NCBI GenBank assembly: GCA_964291215.2 | Contig: OZ219791.1 | Span: 2,208,001 to 2,272,000, forward strand | DNA: 64,000 nt | Direction of reading: 5' to 3' | Origin: Alphaproteobacteria bacterium | GTDB lineage: Bacteria > Pseudomonadota > Alphaproteobacteria > MPNO01 > UBA830 | Part shown: positions 31,898 to 43,855 of the stretch, one piece after another | Layout of the letters: each line of letters starts with the position of its first letter | Position numbering within the stretch: position 1 is the first letter of the stretch | Position numbers and translations under genes: made by a program | Notes under the pieces: model-generated | Databases searched by the model: none | Seen by the model: only the letters and a program-made list of their open reading frames with translations | Told to the model about the DNA's origin: nothing

Positions 31898-32770
31898 GTG
31901 TTTACAATTGACCTTTTCCTGAATGCGATCGTTGTCGGCATCCTGCTCGGGGGCTTCTATGCCGCTGTCAGTCTCGGGCTGACGATCGCTTTCGGCCAGC
32001 TCGATATCGTCAACATCTCGCATCCCGCGTTCGTCATTCTCGGATCCTACATCGCCTATATGTGCAACAGCCTGTGGGGGTTGGACCCCATACTAGTTGG
32101 CGTCGTGTTCGCGCCGGTCTTCTATTTTGTCGGTGTGGGGGTCTACCGGATCTATTTCGAGAGCTTCGAGAAAAAGGACGACGAGGCGCTGCGCGGCCTT
32201 GCCTTCTTTTTCGGCGTCATGTTTATCATCGAGGTCGGCCTCATCATGGCGTACGGCGTCGATTTCCGCTCGGTCGAGGCACCCTATATCGGCCCGAACT
32301 GGGAAATCTGGAAAATCGGCATCCCGACCAGGATGCTGGTGCCGTTCAGCGTCGCCGTCGTCATGTTCACCGCCGTGTATCTCTACCTTTCGAAAACCTT
32401 CAACGGCCGCGCGATCATGGCCGTCGCCCAGGATCGCCTGGCGCTTCAGCTGATGGCCGCGGACCCGGTGCGCATCAAGCAGCTCGGCTTCGGCATCGGC
32501 ATCGCGACCACATCCATCGCGGGGGCGCTGCTGATCATTATCATCCCCATCGAGCCATCGATCGGACGCCTCTATATCGGCCAGGTCTTCGCAATCGCGG
32601 TGCTTGCCGGGCTCGGATCGATACCCGGCACCATGGTCGCCGCGCTGATCCTGGGACTGGCGGAGAGCTTCGTGTCGACCTTCTACGGCCCGTCATGGTC
32701 ACCCGCCGTCGCCTTCGGCATCCTTCTATTCGCCCTTGCCTTCCGGCCGCAGGGCCTGTTCGGACGCTAG
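31898..32770 (+). CDS. LivH-type ABC permease
   Basis: GGFYAAVSLGLTIAFG..VNISH, GLGSIPG, RPQGLFG. Confidence 0.92.
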   Translation: MFTIDLFLNAIVVGILLGGFYAAVSLGLTIAFGQLDIVNISHPAFVILGSYIAYMCNSLWGLDPILVGVVFAPVFYFVGVGVYRIYFESFEKKDDEALRGLAFFFGVMFIIEVGLIMAYGVDFRSVEAPYIGPNWEIWKIGIPTRMLVPFSVAVVMFTAVYLYLSKTFNGRAIMAVAQDRLALQLMAADPVRIKQLGFGIGIATTSIAGALLIIIIPIEPSIGRLYIGQVFAIAVLAGLGSIPGTMVAALILGLAESFVSTFYGPSWSPAVAFGILLFALAFRPQGLFGR

Positions 32771-32772
32771 CC

Positions 32773-33726
32773 ATGACTCTCCTGCGATCCTTCTGGATGT
32801 GGGCCGCGCTCGTCATCATCGTTGGCGCCGTCGCCACGACCACCGACGTGATCGGGGTCAACAAGTTCATCTATTTCGCCGGCTATGTCGTGCTGCAATA
32901 CGTAGTGCTCGCCACCGCCTGGAACATCATGGGCGGCTATATGGGCTACGTGAATTTCGGGTCCGCCGGCTTCTTCGCGGTCGGCACCTACACCTCGGTC
33001 GTGCTCTACAACCTGATCGGCGCCGACCCGCTGCTCGCGATCCCGGTCGCCGGCGTCGTGTCGGGCCTGATCGGCTTCGGCACCGGATATCTGACGCTCC
33101 GCCTTCGCGGCGTGTTTTTCGCCATCGCGACTCTCGCCCTCGCTGTCGTTCTCGAGACGCTGATGGTCAACTGGGATTATGTCGGAGGCGCCTCGGGGGC
33201 CTATATCCTGCGCCCGCGCGAGTATCCGATCTTCGGAGACTACACCCGTTACCTGTTCTTCCTGATGCTCGTGCTCGCCGTCATCTCGCTTGCCGTCGCC
33301 CGCTGGATCGAAAGATCCAAAATCGGACGCGGCTTTGCCGCCATTCGCGACGACGAACTCGCGGCCGAATGCGCCGGAGTCCCGACCCTGAAACTCAAGC
33401 TGATATCGACCACCGTCTCCGGCTTCCTGATGGGTGTCGCCGGCGCACCCTTCGCCTTCTATGTCAGCTTCGTGGAGCCGGTCTCGGCATTCAACCTGAT
33501 CTATGCCGTCAACGCCATCGCGATGCCGATGGTCGGCGGCACCACGACCTGGATCGGCCCGCTGATCGGCGCGCTTCTCCTCGGAACGAGCCAGGAAATC
33601 GCCAGGGTAACAATCTCCTCGGAACTGAATCTTCTGATCGTTGGCGCGCTCCTCATCTTCTTCGTCATCGTGGCCCCGGAAGGGATCACCGGCCTCGTGC
33701 GCAAGTGGTGGAGGCGTAACAGATGA
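32773..33726 (+). CDS. LivM-type ABC permease
   Basis: WNIMGGYMGYVNFG, RLRGVFFAIATL, AIRDDE.AA, PEGI. Confidence 0.92.
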   Translation: MTLLRSFWMWAALVIIVGAVATTTDVIGVNKFIYFAGYVVLQYVVLATAWNIMGGYMGYVNFGSAGFFAVGTYTSVVLYNLIGADPLLAIPVAGVVSGLIGFGTGYLTLRLRGVFFAIATLALAVVLETLMVNWDYVGGASGAYILRPREYPIFGDYTRYLFFLMLVLAVISLAVARWIERSKIGRGFAAIRDDELAAECAGVPTLKLKLISTTVSGFLMGVAGAPFAFYVSFVEPVSAFNLIYAVNAIAMPMVGGTTTWIGPLIGALLLGTSQEIARVTISSELNLLIVGALLIFFVIVAPEGITGLVRKWWRRNR

Positions 33727-34445
33727 ACGGGGAACCGCTTCTCGATGTCCGCGCCGTGACGAAGACCTTTGGCGGCTTCACAGCGCTCGACTCCGTCGAC
33801 CTGCATGTCAACAAAGGCGAGCGCTTCGGGCTCATCGGACCCAACGGGTCGGGCAAGACGACGATGATCAACTGCATCTCCGGCGCGCTGGCCAACGACG
33901 GTGGCGAGATCATCTTCGAGGGCCTCACGCTGGACGGCATGAAGCCTCATCAGCGCACAAGACTCGGCATCGCACGATCATTCCAGATCCCCAAACCGTT
34001 CGCGTCGATGACCGTCCTCGAGAATCTGGCGATCCCGCTCGAATACGCGACTGGCACCGGTGGCCGCGAGATCCGGGCGCGAGCCATGGAGATCCTGGAG
34101 ACCATCGGTCTTGCGGAACGCGCGGACATCAGCTCGGGCAGCCTGACCCAGATCGACATGCGCAAGCTCGAACTGGCGCGTGCTATGGCGGCGGATCCGA
34201 AGCTGCTGATCTCCGACGAGGCGATGGCGGGCCTCTCGGCGACGGAACTCGACGACATCCTCGATATCCTGTTCCACCTCAACGAGCGCGGAATCACGAT
34301 CATCATGATCGAGCACATCATGCGCGCGGTCATGCGGTTTTCCGAACGCATCGTCGTACTCGACGCAGGCCGGAAGATTGCCGAGGGCACGCCTGGAGAG
34401 ATCATCGATAACCCCGAAGTCGAAAGGGCATATCTCGGTGAGTAG
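33723..34445 (+). CDS. LivG-type ABC ATPase
   Basis: GPNGSGKTT, ARSFQ, IEH, AYLG. Confidence 0.93.
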   Translation: MNGEPLLDVRAVTKTFGGFTALDSVDLHVNKGERFGLIGPNGSGKTTMINCISGALANDGGEIIFEGLTLDGMKPHQRTRLGIARSFQIPKPFASMTVLENLAIPLEYATGTGGREIRARAMEILETIGLAERADISSGSLTQIDMRKLELARAMAADPKLLISDEAMAGLSATELDDILDILFHLNERGITIIMIEHIMRAVMRFSERIVVLDAGRKIAEGTPGEIIDNPEVERAYLGE

Positions 34446-35169
34446 GATCGTCTTAGAGAATATCGAAGCGGGCTACGGCTCGGTCCGGGTTCTCCACGGC
34501 GTCTCGGTCACCGTGGAACCCGGAGAGACGGTGGCGCTGCTCGGCACCAACGGCAACGGCAAGTCGACCCTCATCAAGTGCATCATGGGCATGGTCCAAC
34601 CAGGGGCCGGCTCGATCATGCTGGAGGATGGGAGCGGAACGTCGACAAACCTGATCGGCAGACCTCCTCAGGAGATCGTCGAACTCGGCATCGCAATGGT
34701 GCCCGAGGGCCGCCGCCTGTTTCCGCGGCTCACGGTCGAGGAAAACCTCATGCTCGGTGCCTTCCGAAATTCGGCACGCGAACGCATCGCGGCCAATCTC
34801 GAATTCTCGTTCGAGGCCTTCCCGGTGCTCGCCGAACGGCGGCGCCAGCTGGCCGGCTCGATGTCGGGCGGCGAACAGCAGATGCTTGCCGTGGCCAGGG
34901 CGTTGATGTCGGAGCCACGCATCCTGCTCGTCGACGAGCCGTCGGTGGGATTGGCGCCGATTCTCGTCAGCCGCATGATCGCCAAGATCAAGGAGCTGAA
35001 GGAACAGCGCAACCTGACGGTGTTGATGGCCGAACAGAATTTCAACCAGGCCATCAAGATCGCCGATCGCGGCTATATCATCGTCCATGGCGAGATCGCC
35101 TTCTCCGCATCCTCGGCCTCGGAACTCGCCGCGAACGAAATGGTCAAGCAGTACTATCTTGGCGCCTGA
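34438..35169 (+). CDS. LivF-type ABC ATPase
   Basis: GTG start; GTNGNGKST, MSGGEQQM, DEPSVGLAP. Confidence 0.93.
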   Translation: MSRIVLENIEAGYGSVRVLHGVSVTVEPGETVALLGTNGNGKSTLIKCIMGMVQPGAGSIMLEDGSGTSTNLIGRPPQEIVELGIAMVPEGRRLFPRLTVEENLMLGAFRNSARERIAANLEFSFEAFPVLAERRRQLAGSMSGGEQQMLAVARALMSEPRILLVDEPSVGLAPILVSRMIAKIKELKEQRNLTVLMAEQNFNQAIKIADRGYIIVHGEIAFSASSASELAANEMVKQYYLGA

Positions 35170-35241
35170 CGGAACGCGCCGGCAGCGGTTCGCGCACATC
35201 TCCGAAGGCGCCGGCCCGGCGGGCATCGCGGAGACACGACC

Positions 35242-36546
35242 ATGATCGATCCGAAGCTGTTCAAACCCAACACGCTCGGTCTCCACGCCGGGCAGCAGCC
35301 GGATCCGGCGACCGGCGCCCGCGCCGTCCCCATCTACCAGACGACATCCTACGTCTTCCGCGATACCGACCATGCCGCAGCGCTGTTCAATCTCGAGCGC
35401 GCCGGGCACATCTACTCGCGGATATCCAACCCGACCTGCGCAGTGCTGGAGGAACGCGTCAGCGCCCTCGAGGGCGGCGTCGGGGCGATTGCGACGGCGT
35501 CGGGACAGGCGGCGCTCCACCTTGCCGTCGTCACGCTGATGGGCCAGGGCGGCCACATCGTGTCCTCGGCATCAATCTACGGCGGCAGCCACAACCTGTT
35601 CCACCACACCCTGCCGCGGTTCGGCATCACCGCAACCTTTGTGGACCCGCGCGATGTCGACGAGTTCGAGAAGGCGATCACGCCCGACACCCGCCTGATT
35701 TTCGGGGAAACCCTCGGCAATCCCAGCCTTGAGGTAATGGATCTGCCGCGGATCGCCGAAGTCGCCCATGCCCACGGCATACCGCTGATGATCGACAACA
35801 CGTTCGCGACCCCGCACCTTTGCCGGCCCTTCAGCCACGGTGCGGACATAATCATGCATTCGGCGACCAAGTTTCTCGGCGGCCACGGCACGTCAATCGG
35901 CGGGCTGCTGGTCGATTCGGGACAGTTCGACTGGGACGCATCGGACAAGTTTCCGACCCTGACCGAACCCTATGACGGCTATCACGGGTTGGACTTCGCC
36001 GAGGAATTCGGACCCGCCGCCTTCATCATGCGGGCCCGCGCCGAGGGGCTGCGGGATTTCGGAGCGACGATGAGCCCGACCAACGCTTTCCATATCCTCC
36101 AGGGCGTTGAGACGCTCCATGTCCGCATGCCCCGGCATGTCGACAACGCCCGCCGCGTTGTCGAGTTCCTTGCGGCGCATGACGCCGTCTCCTGGGTCGT
36201 CTGGCCCGAGCGCGATGATCATCCCGACAGGGACCTCGCCGCCAGGCTGCTGCCGGACGGGCCTGGCGCGATCTTCTCCTTCGGCATCCGCGGCGGCCGC
36301 GAGGCCGGACGCGTCTTCATTGAGAACCTGTCACTCTTCTCCCACCTCGCAAATGTCGGCGACGCCAAATCCCTCGTCATCCACCCGGCGAGCACGACAC
36401 ACCAGCAGATGGACGCGGAGGCGCTCCACGCTGCAGGCATCGGCGAAGACCTTGTGCGCCTCTCGATCGGGCTCGAAGATGCCGGAGACCTGATCGGCGA
36501 TCTCGACCACGCCCTGCGCCGCGCCCGTAAACAGGTGAACGGCTGA
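35242..36546 (+). CDS. metY: O-acetylhomoserine aminocarboxypropyltransferase (PLP)
   Basis: AVPIYQTTSY, YSRISNPT, HSATKFLGGHG, LANVGDAKSL.IHPASTTH. Confidence 0.9.
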   Translation: MIDPKLFKPNTLGLHAGQQPDPATGARAVPIYQTTSYVFRDTDHAAALFNLERAGHIYSRISNPTCAVLEERVSALEGGVGAIATASGQAALHLAVVTLMGQGGHIVSSASIYGGSHNLFHHTLPRFGITATFVDPRDVDEFEKAITPDTRLIFGETLGNPSLEVMDLPRIAEVAHAHGIPLMIDNTFATPHLCRPFSHGADIIMHSATKFLGGHGTSIGGLLVDSGQFDWDASDKFPTLTEPYDGYHGLDFAEEFGPAAFIMRARAEGLRDFGATMSPTNAFHILQGVETLHVRMPRHVDNARRVVEFLAAHDAVSWVVWPERDDHPDRDLAARLLPDGPGAIFSFGIRGGREAGRVFIENLSLFSHLANVGDAKSLVIHPASTTHQQMDAEALHAAGIGEDLVRLSIGLEDAGDLIGDLDHALRRARKQVNG

Positions 36547-37337
36547 TGCAACTGGAGGTCGGCAACAGACAGATCTTTGCCGCTACCGGGGGCCAGCCGT
36601 TCGACCCGTCGCGGCCCGCGGTGGTGTTCGTTCACGGCGCCGGCATGGATCACACGGTATGGGCCCTGCAGACCCGATGGTTCGCCTGGCACGGTCACGC
36701 CGTGCTGGCGGTCGACCTGCCGGGGCATGGGCAGTCGGAAGGGCCGCCGCTCGATACCATCCCCGCCATGGGAGACTGGCTTTTGGAACTGGTGGCCGCG
36801 GCGGGATGCAGTCGCACGGCGCTCGCGGGCCATTCCATGGGCGCAATGGCAGCGCTGGCGGCGGCGCGCCACGAGACCGGGATCACAGCCCTTGCGCTGG
36901 CCGGAATCGGGGCACGCATGCCGGTGCATCCGGACCTGCTGGCGGCGGCCCGCGGCGGCGACCCCCGGTCCTGGGACCTAATCGTCGCCTGGGGTTACGG
37001 CATGCCATCTCATTTCGGCGCAAGCCGCATGCCCGGGCTGTGGCTTCAGGGCGGAGGCCGGTCGCTGTTGGCCCGCGGACCGGACCAAGTGCTCGGCACG
37101 GACCTCGCAGCCTGCGACGCTTACAGTTCGGTGGCGGACGACGCCGCTGCAGTCGCTTGCCAGATAACCTTCATAGTCGGCGAACAGGACCGCATGACTC
37201 CGCCTGCGGCCACAGCCGAACTTGCCGGAAGAATCGTCAATTCCCACACGATCGTGGTTCCTGGGGCCGGACACATGATGATGGCAGAGCGGCCGGACGA
37301 GACCCTGGATGCACTGATTGCGGCCCTTCGTGAATGA
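36546..37337 (+). CDS. Alpha/beta hydrolase
   Basis: FVHGAG, DLPGHG, GHSMG, AGH; TGATG coupled to metY. Confidence 0.9.
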   Translation: MQLEVGNRQIFAATGGQPFDPSRPAVVFVHGAGMDHTVWALQTRWFAWHGHAVLAVDLPGHGQSEGPPLDTIPAMGDWLLELVAAAGCSRTALAGHSMGAMAALAAARHETGITALALAGIGARMPVHPDLLAAARGGDPRSWDLIVAWGYGMPSHFGASRMPGLWLQGGGRSLLARGPDQVLGTDLAACDAYSSVADDAAAVACQITFIVGEQDRMTPPAATAELAGRIVNSHTIVVPGAGHMMMAERPDETLDALIAALRE

Positions 37338-37426
37338 TGCCGGAACGCCCGGTCCGCTTGCGGATGCCCGGACCTCATGCATAGGATTGCGGCCGGACCG
37401 GTAACCGGAACGGCCGGAGAAGACCG

Positions 37427-39043
37427 ATGATCGAGACAGACGTGCGGCAGTTCGAGGGCTTCGACCATGTGATCGTCGGCGCCGGAACCGCGGGCTGCGT
37501 TCTCGCCAATCGCCTGAGCGCGGATCCGGAGCGCAACGTCCTGCTCCTTGAAGCTGGAGGCAAGGACAACTATTTCTGGATCAGGATCCCTATCGGCTAT
37601 CTCTACACGATGAACAATCCCCGGACCGACTGGTGCTTCAGCACCGAGGAGGAGCCGGGACTGAACGGCCGGGTACTGGCCTATCCCCGGGGCAAGACGC
37701 TGGGCGGCTGTTCCGCGATCAACGGCATGATCTACATGCGAGGCCAGGCCCGCGACTACGACCAGTGGCGGCAGATGGGCAACAGTGGCTGGGGCTGGGA
37801 CGATGTCCTGCCGGTCTTCCGGAAATCCGAGGACCATATGCACGGCGGCAATGACACGCACGGGGCGGGGGGCGAATGGCGGGTCGAAGACCAGCGCTTG
37901 TCATGGGAAATCCTGAACTCTTTCCGTCAGGCCTGCGTCGAGATCGGGATTCCCGCAACCGAGGATTTCAATGGCGGCGACAACGAGGGCGCCGGCTATT
38001 TTCAGGTCAACCAGAAGCGCGGCATGCGCTGGAGCGCCGCCCACGCCTTCCTTCACCCGATCCGGCACCGTTCCAATCTCACCGTGCTCACAAAGGCCCA
38101 GGCGAACCGCCTGACGGTGGCCGAAGGCCGCGTGACCGGTGTGGATTTCCGGCTCCACGGCGCTGCCGCGCACGCGTCGGCACGGCGCGAGGTCGTGCTC
38201 GCCACCGGTGCCATCGGCTCTCCCCATCTCCTCCAACTCTCGGGTATCGGTCCCGGACGGCTCTTGCGCGAACACGGGATCGATGTCGTCCACGAGCTCC
38301 CTGGCGTCGGAGAAAATCTCCAGGACCATCTTCAGATTCGCGCTGTCTACAAGGTAAAGGGCGCCAGAACCTTGAACGGGCGGGCCAACTCACTCGTGGG
38401 CATGGCGGGAATGGCGCTGGAGTACGTCCTATTCAGGCGCGGTCCGATGACGATGGCGCCCAGCCAGCTCGGCGTTTTCACGAAGTCGGACGAGAGCCGC
38501 GAGACGCCCGATCTCCAGTATCACGTGCAGCCACTTTCACTCGACCGTTTCGGAGAACCGCTCCATCCCTTTCCCGCAATTACCGCGTCGGTATGCAACC
38601 TGCGTCCCGACAGCCGCGGTCATGTCCGCCTCACCAGCCCCGACCCGGAGAGCAAGCCATCGATACGTCCCAACTATCTGAGCGCCGAAAGCGACCGCCA
38701 GATCGCCGCCAATGCCCTCAAGCTCACCCGGCGCATCATCGGCGCGCCGGCGATGCAGAAATATGCTCCGGAGGAATATGTCCCGGGCGCCCATGTCGCG
38801 AGCGACGAGGATCTCGCGCACGCGGCCGGCGATATCGCGACCACGATCTTCCACCCTGTCGGCACGTGCCGGATGGGACCAGATGACATGGCTGTCGTCA
38901 ATGACCGCCTTCAGCTCAGGGAACTCCCTGGCCTGCGCATCGCCGACGCTTCCGTCATGCCGACGATCACATCGGGCAACACGAATTCTCCGACCATCAT
39001 GATCGCTGAAAAGGCCGCCGAGCTGATGCTGGCGGATGGCTGA
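37427..39043 (+). CDS. GMC-family (choline dehydrogenase-like) oxidoreductase
   Basis: GAGTAG, GKTLGGCSAINGM, GENLQDH, HPVGTCRMG, GNTN. Confidence 0.93.
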   Translation: MIETDVRQFEGFDHVIVGAGTAGCVLANRLSADPERNVLLLEAGGKDNYFWIRIPIGYLYTMNNPRTDWCFSTEEEPGLNGRVLAYPRGKTLGGCSAINGMIYMRGQARDYDQWRQMGNSGWGWDDVLPVFRKSEDHMHGGNDTHGAGGEWRVEDQRLSWEILNSFRQACVEIGIPATEDFNGGDNEGAGYFQVNQKRGMRWSAAHAFLHPIRHRSNLTVLTKAQANRLTVAEGRVTGVDFRLHGAAAHASARREVVLATGAIGSPHLLQLSGIGPGRLLREHGIDVVHELPGVGENLQDHLQIRAVYKVKGARTLNGRANSLVGMAGMALEYVLFRRGPMTMAPSQLGVFTKSDESRETPDLQYHVQPLSLDRFGEPLHPFPAITASVCNLRPDSRGHVRLTSPDPESKPSIRPNYLSAESDRQIAANALKLTRRIIGAPAMQKYAPEEYVPGAHVASDEDLAHAAGDIATTIFHPVGTCRMGPDDMAVVNDRLQLRELPGLRIADASVMPTITSGNTNSPTIMIAEKAAELMLADG

Positions 39044-39276
39044 CCGGAGAACGAGGTCCTTGCCACCTTCTCCACTACGCCGGCCCGTGACCGGATACCC
39101 AGGTCTCCTCTGCGCGTGGCGTCACCCGTTGGCCTGACTTTGCCGTCGCGCACGGCAGGCACCGTTCATGTCGCTGTCGCAGCCTGGTTCCGGCAGGAGC
39201 GCTCCCGAAACAACAGATGAAGGGGTGCAGCGGGGCCGATCGCGGGGACAACGCCTCGCCCGGGAGCCAGGACTTT

Positions 39277-40765
39277 CCCACGCTGCATTCGATCTTGCCG
39301 ATTGCTGATGGAGGGAGGCTGCCCAGCCTGTCGGGTTTTCTGGCTTTGGGGCCGTCCGCGGTCGCCGCCGGCGGCGTTATCGGCGCGTGGGCGGGTTATT
39401 TTCGGGATGTAGGCGGGTTGTGGGCGGCGTCCGGGAATCGGCCGGACGCCATTGGCGCTCAGGGCCGCGTCAGAGCTGCGACGGCTTCTCGGCGGTCGAG
39501 CCGCCGCCGTGTTTCGGCGAGGCTCTCGCGTCGGTTGGCGAAGATCACCGCGAGCACGATGTTGTTGAGGCTGGCGCGGTTTGCGGGTCAGGCAGGCGTC
39601 TTCGCCGAAGACGCAGTCTCGGTGGTTCATGTTTTCCACGGCCCGCGGCCGCAGCAGTTCCTCTGGCGACGCGTGTTGCGCATCGAGCGAGGTGATGATG
39701 TACAGTCGTTGCCGCTCGCTGCGCCGCTGGCGCTCTTTCCCAGCGGTTCGCGGCAGCGCTTGATGCGGGCGATCTGGCCGGGGTAGTTGATCAAGCCCTT
39801 GAGCGGCACGCGCTGCTCGAGGCGGGCCTTACTCTTCCTTGAAGCGGCCGCTGGCTCCCAGTCGATGCCGTCGAGGATGTCGAAGGTTTCGGGCGCATTG
39901 CCTTTGACCGAGAAGACATAGTCTGCGCCGCAGCGCCGGGTGATCAGCGCCGCCGGCGTCGTGCGGGTGGTCACCTTGCCGCGGACATCGGTGCGCTCGA
40001 GGAGGTGGCCGCCAGCTCGCCGTCGTCGAAATTCAACAGCGCGAAGGGTGCGCCGGAGGCGTGAGAGCCACGGTCTCGTGGTGGCCGTCGCCGTTAGCGC
40101 CGCGGATGCGCTTGCCGTCGGCGGCAAGCGCTCGGGCGAGCCCGCGGCCGAGCACATCCTCGAGCGCCTCGGGGTCGATTGACTGCCCTGTGGAGGGTCG
40201 CCTTGGAGGGCGGCTCGCGCAGCTCCGTCCTCGGGTTCCGCCGATGGCCTCGAGCTCGTCCTGAGACAGCGACCGCGCAAACTGCGCAGCTGCCTTTCAT
40301 GTTCGCAAGCTCGGCGAGAACGTGAGCACACCGTGTGCTTCCTGCGCGGCGGAAGTCCTCGATCGCCGCCAACTCTTCGTGCAGCAAACGCATCACCTCG
40401 GAACCCCGGGGAGCGAGGAGGCAGGCGGCGCCACCGCAGCGCCTGCGACAGCAGCCGTCGCGCCGCACAACGAAAATCTCCTTACCATGGGGGTCGGTGT
40501 AGCGCCCGCGGGCAAACCCCTTGGCACGCCAGCCCGCCGCCTTGTGCCCGCAAAACGCGCCGGATCGCAGAACGTCTCTGCCACAACCACCTAGTGGCCG
40601 TAGGCCCAGTCGTCAGCCAGCCGCCGCGTCGCAAGAAAGAAGGAGGCAAGGTTCGGAAACGTTCCCGGCGCCGCACACACTAGCAGTCGCGTGTTGTCAG
40701 ATCAAGCCACTGCTGCTCCGGCTTCCAGCCACCGGTCGCGGCACTTGAAGGCCCCGGCCAGACCA
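39277..40765 (-). mobile_element. Degenerate ISAs1-family element
   Basis: LAVGGK, GADYVFSVKGN, ENMNHRDCVFGEDAC; related to 52466-52908 plus 56650-57730. Confidence 0.8.
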
Positions 40766-40869
40766 CTGCCCCCTGAAGGACGCAATATAGCGCAGCCCCG
40801 CCAGACGGCGAAACCCGAGATAGTCGTCCATCAACGCAGCGGACGCTCCTTAGGCTTCGCGAACCTCAA

Positions 40870-42240
<1,371 letters not shown>

Positions 42241-42312
42241 GACAGACCCTTCCGGAGCTGCGATGTGAATCGGACAGGATACGATGTGCTTGTGAACCGA
42301 CATCCCCGCACC

Positions 42313-42424
42313 ATGACAAATCCAGTGCAGGAAAGCCAGCAAAAACTGTAAAAAATCTCCCACACCAATAATCGCCCCGGAAAAACCCAATTTTTGCCTT
42401 GAAAAATAAAAAAATTTAGCGTAA
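42313..42424 (+). repeat. AT-rich ~110-bp dispersed repeat; inverted homolog at 52142-52257
   Basis: ATGACAAATCCAGTGCAGGAAAGCCAGC...GCCTTGAAAAA...TTTAGCGT matches the reverse complement of 52142-52257. Confidence 0.8.
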
Positions 42425-42539
42425 TAATTTCCTTAATTAATCGCAAAAATTATACACTCTGTGGTTGATGTTTTGAATGGCCGCTGAACAGGGCAAAAAT
42501 TTCTGCATTCTTGCCAGGTTTTCCGGCTGCGGCGACCCG

Positions 42540-42625
42540 TGGACGGCTCCAAAGCCAGAAAACCCGGCAGGCTGTGCAACCTCCCTCCATCAGCAGTCGG
42601 CAAGATCGAATGCAGCGTGGGAGAG
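42540..42625 (+). repeat. Solo ISAs1 3' end (inverted copy of 39272-39357)
   Basis: AAAGCCAGAAAACCCG...CAAGATCGAATGCAGCGTGGG. Confidence 0.8.
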
Positions 42626-42705
42626 TCCTGCCGCAATCGCCACTTCCGGCGCTCGACTTCGGTTTCCAACAGTGCTGCGGCCTTCCGGTGCCGGAGGCAT
42701 CCCGC

Positions 42706-43719
42706 TCAGAAACCGTCCAGCTTGAGCAACCTGGCCGCGTTTCCGTGAAAAATGAGCCGGCGCTCGGCTTCGGGAATGTCGAGCGCGTTCACGGCTTCGA
42801 TGATGCCGTCGATCAGATATGCGCCGCCGACGGGATCGAATGGTGCGTCGGTCGCGAACAGCGCCCGGTCGGAGGTGAAGAATGCATGCCCGCACTGCAT
42901 CGCCGGTAGTGAACAATTGGTCGCAGTATCGCCGTACAGAAGCCCGAAATACTCCCTTGGCGGGCGCTTGAGGCCGTATTCCTCCTGCGCCGGGTTGTGG
43001 TCAAGCGTGCCGGTGAAGACCTGCGAGAAGCCGAGATCGAGCTTGCCTGCGAAATAGGGAATGATGCCACCCATGTGGTGGGAGATGATCTTCAGGTCGG
43101 GTAGCCTGTCGTAGAGTCCCGAATAGATCAGCCGCGTCAGGCATGCCGCGGTTTCGTACGGCCAGCCGAAACTGAACCAGATTTCCGCTTCCGACCGGTC
43201 TTCGGTCATGTAGTCTGGATGGTTGGCCAGCCGCATGGGATGAATCCAGACCGGCAGGTCTAGCATGCTCATGGTCTCGAAGACCGGGAAGAACCGGGGA
43301 TCGCTCAAAGGAATGTTGTTGACGTTGGTGAATAGCTGCACCCCGCGGGCGCCGAGATCGACAACTGCACGCTCGGCCTCGCGCGCGGCGGCCTCGGGAT
43401 TGTTCATGGGCAGGGACGCGATGAAGGCGGGAAAGCGGTCCGGATGGCGTGCGCACAGCCCGGATAGCGCATCGTTTACCCGGAACGCGATCTCGGGCGT
43501 CCGCGTCTCGTCACCAAGGGTTTCGATGGGAGGGTTCGAGAGGGACAGGATCTGCTGATAGTCTTCGAACTGGTCCGTCACACGGAAGTGTTCGTCGAGA
43601 TCCCACAGCGCCGGAATGCCCTTGAACAGCTGTGCGATCGGATGTCCCGGCACCCAGACCTCAAGCAGATCGAAAATTTCCCGTGGCATGATGTGATTGA
43701 AGATGTCGAGTTTGCGCAT
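42706..43719 (-). CDS. Amidohydrolase_2-family protein (decarboxylase/hydratase-like)
   Basis: DIFNH, WIHP, FGWPYET, HHMGG, FATDAPF. Confidence 0.9.
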   Translation of the reverse strand: MRKLDIFNHIMPREIFDLLEVWVPGHPIAQLFKGIPALWDLDEHFRVTDQFEDYQQILSLSNPPIETLGDETRTPEIAFRVNDALSGLCARHPDRFPAFIASLPMNNPEAAAREAERAVVDLGARGVQLFTNVNNIPLSDPRFFPVFETMSMLDLPVWIHPMRLANHPDYMTEDRSEAEIWFSFGWPYETAACLTRLIYSGLYDRLPDLKIISHHMGGIIPYFAGKLDLGFSQVFTGTLDHNPAQEEYGLKRPPREYFGLLYGDTATNCSLPAMQCGHAFFTSDRALFATDAPFDPVGGAYLIDGIIEAVNALDIPEAERRLIFHGNAARLLKLDGF

Positions 43720-43855
43720 GATCCCTCGCTGCAGGCGTCCCGGACGGCTCGGTCGTCCCTGCATTAACAAAGTTTAATCCTGCAGTCAGGTCCCCGTAAT
43801 CCAGTCTGCCCCATATTGGCCGGCAAGGTTACAACCTGACAAGAGGAGTTTGACC

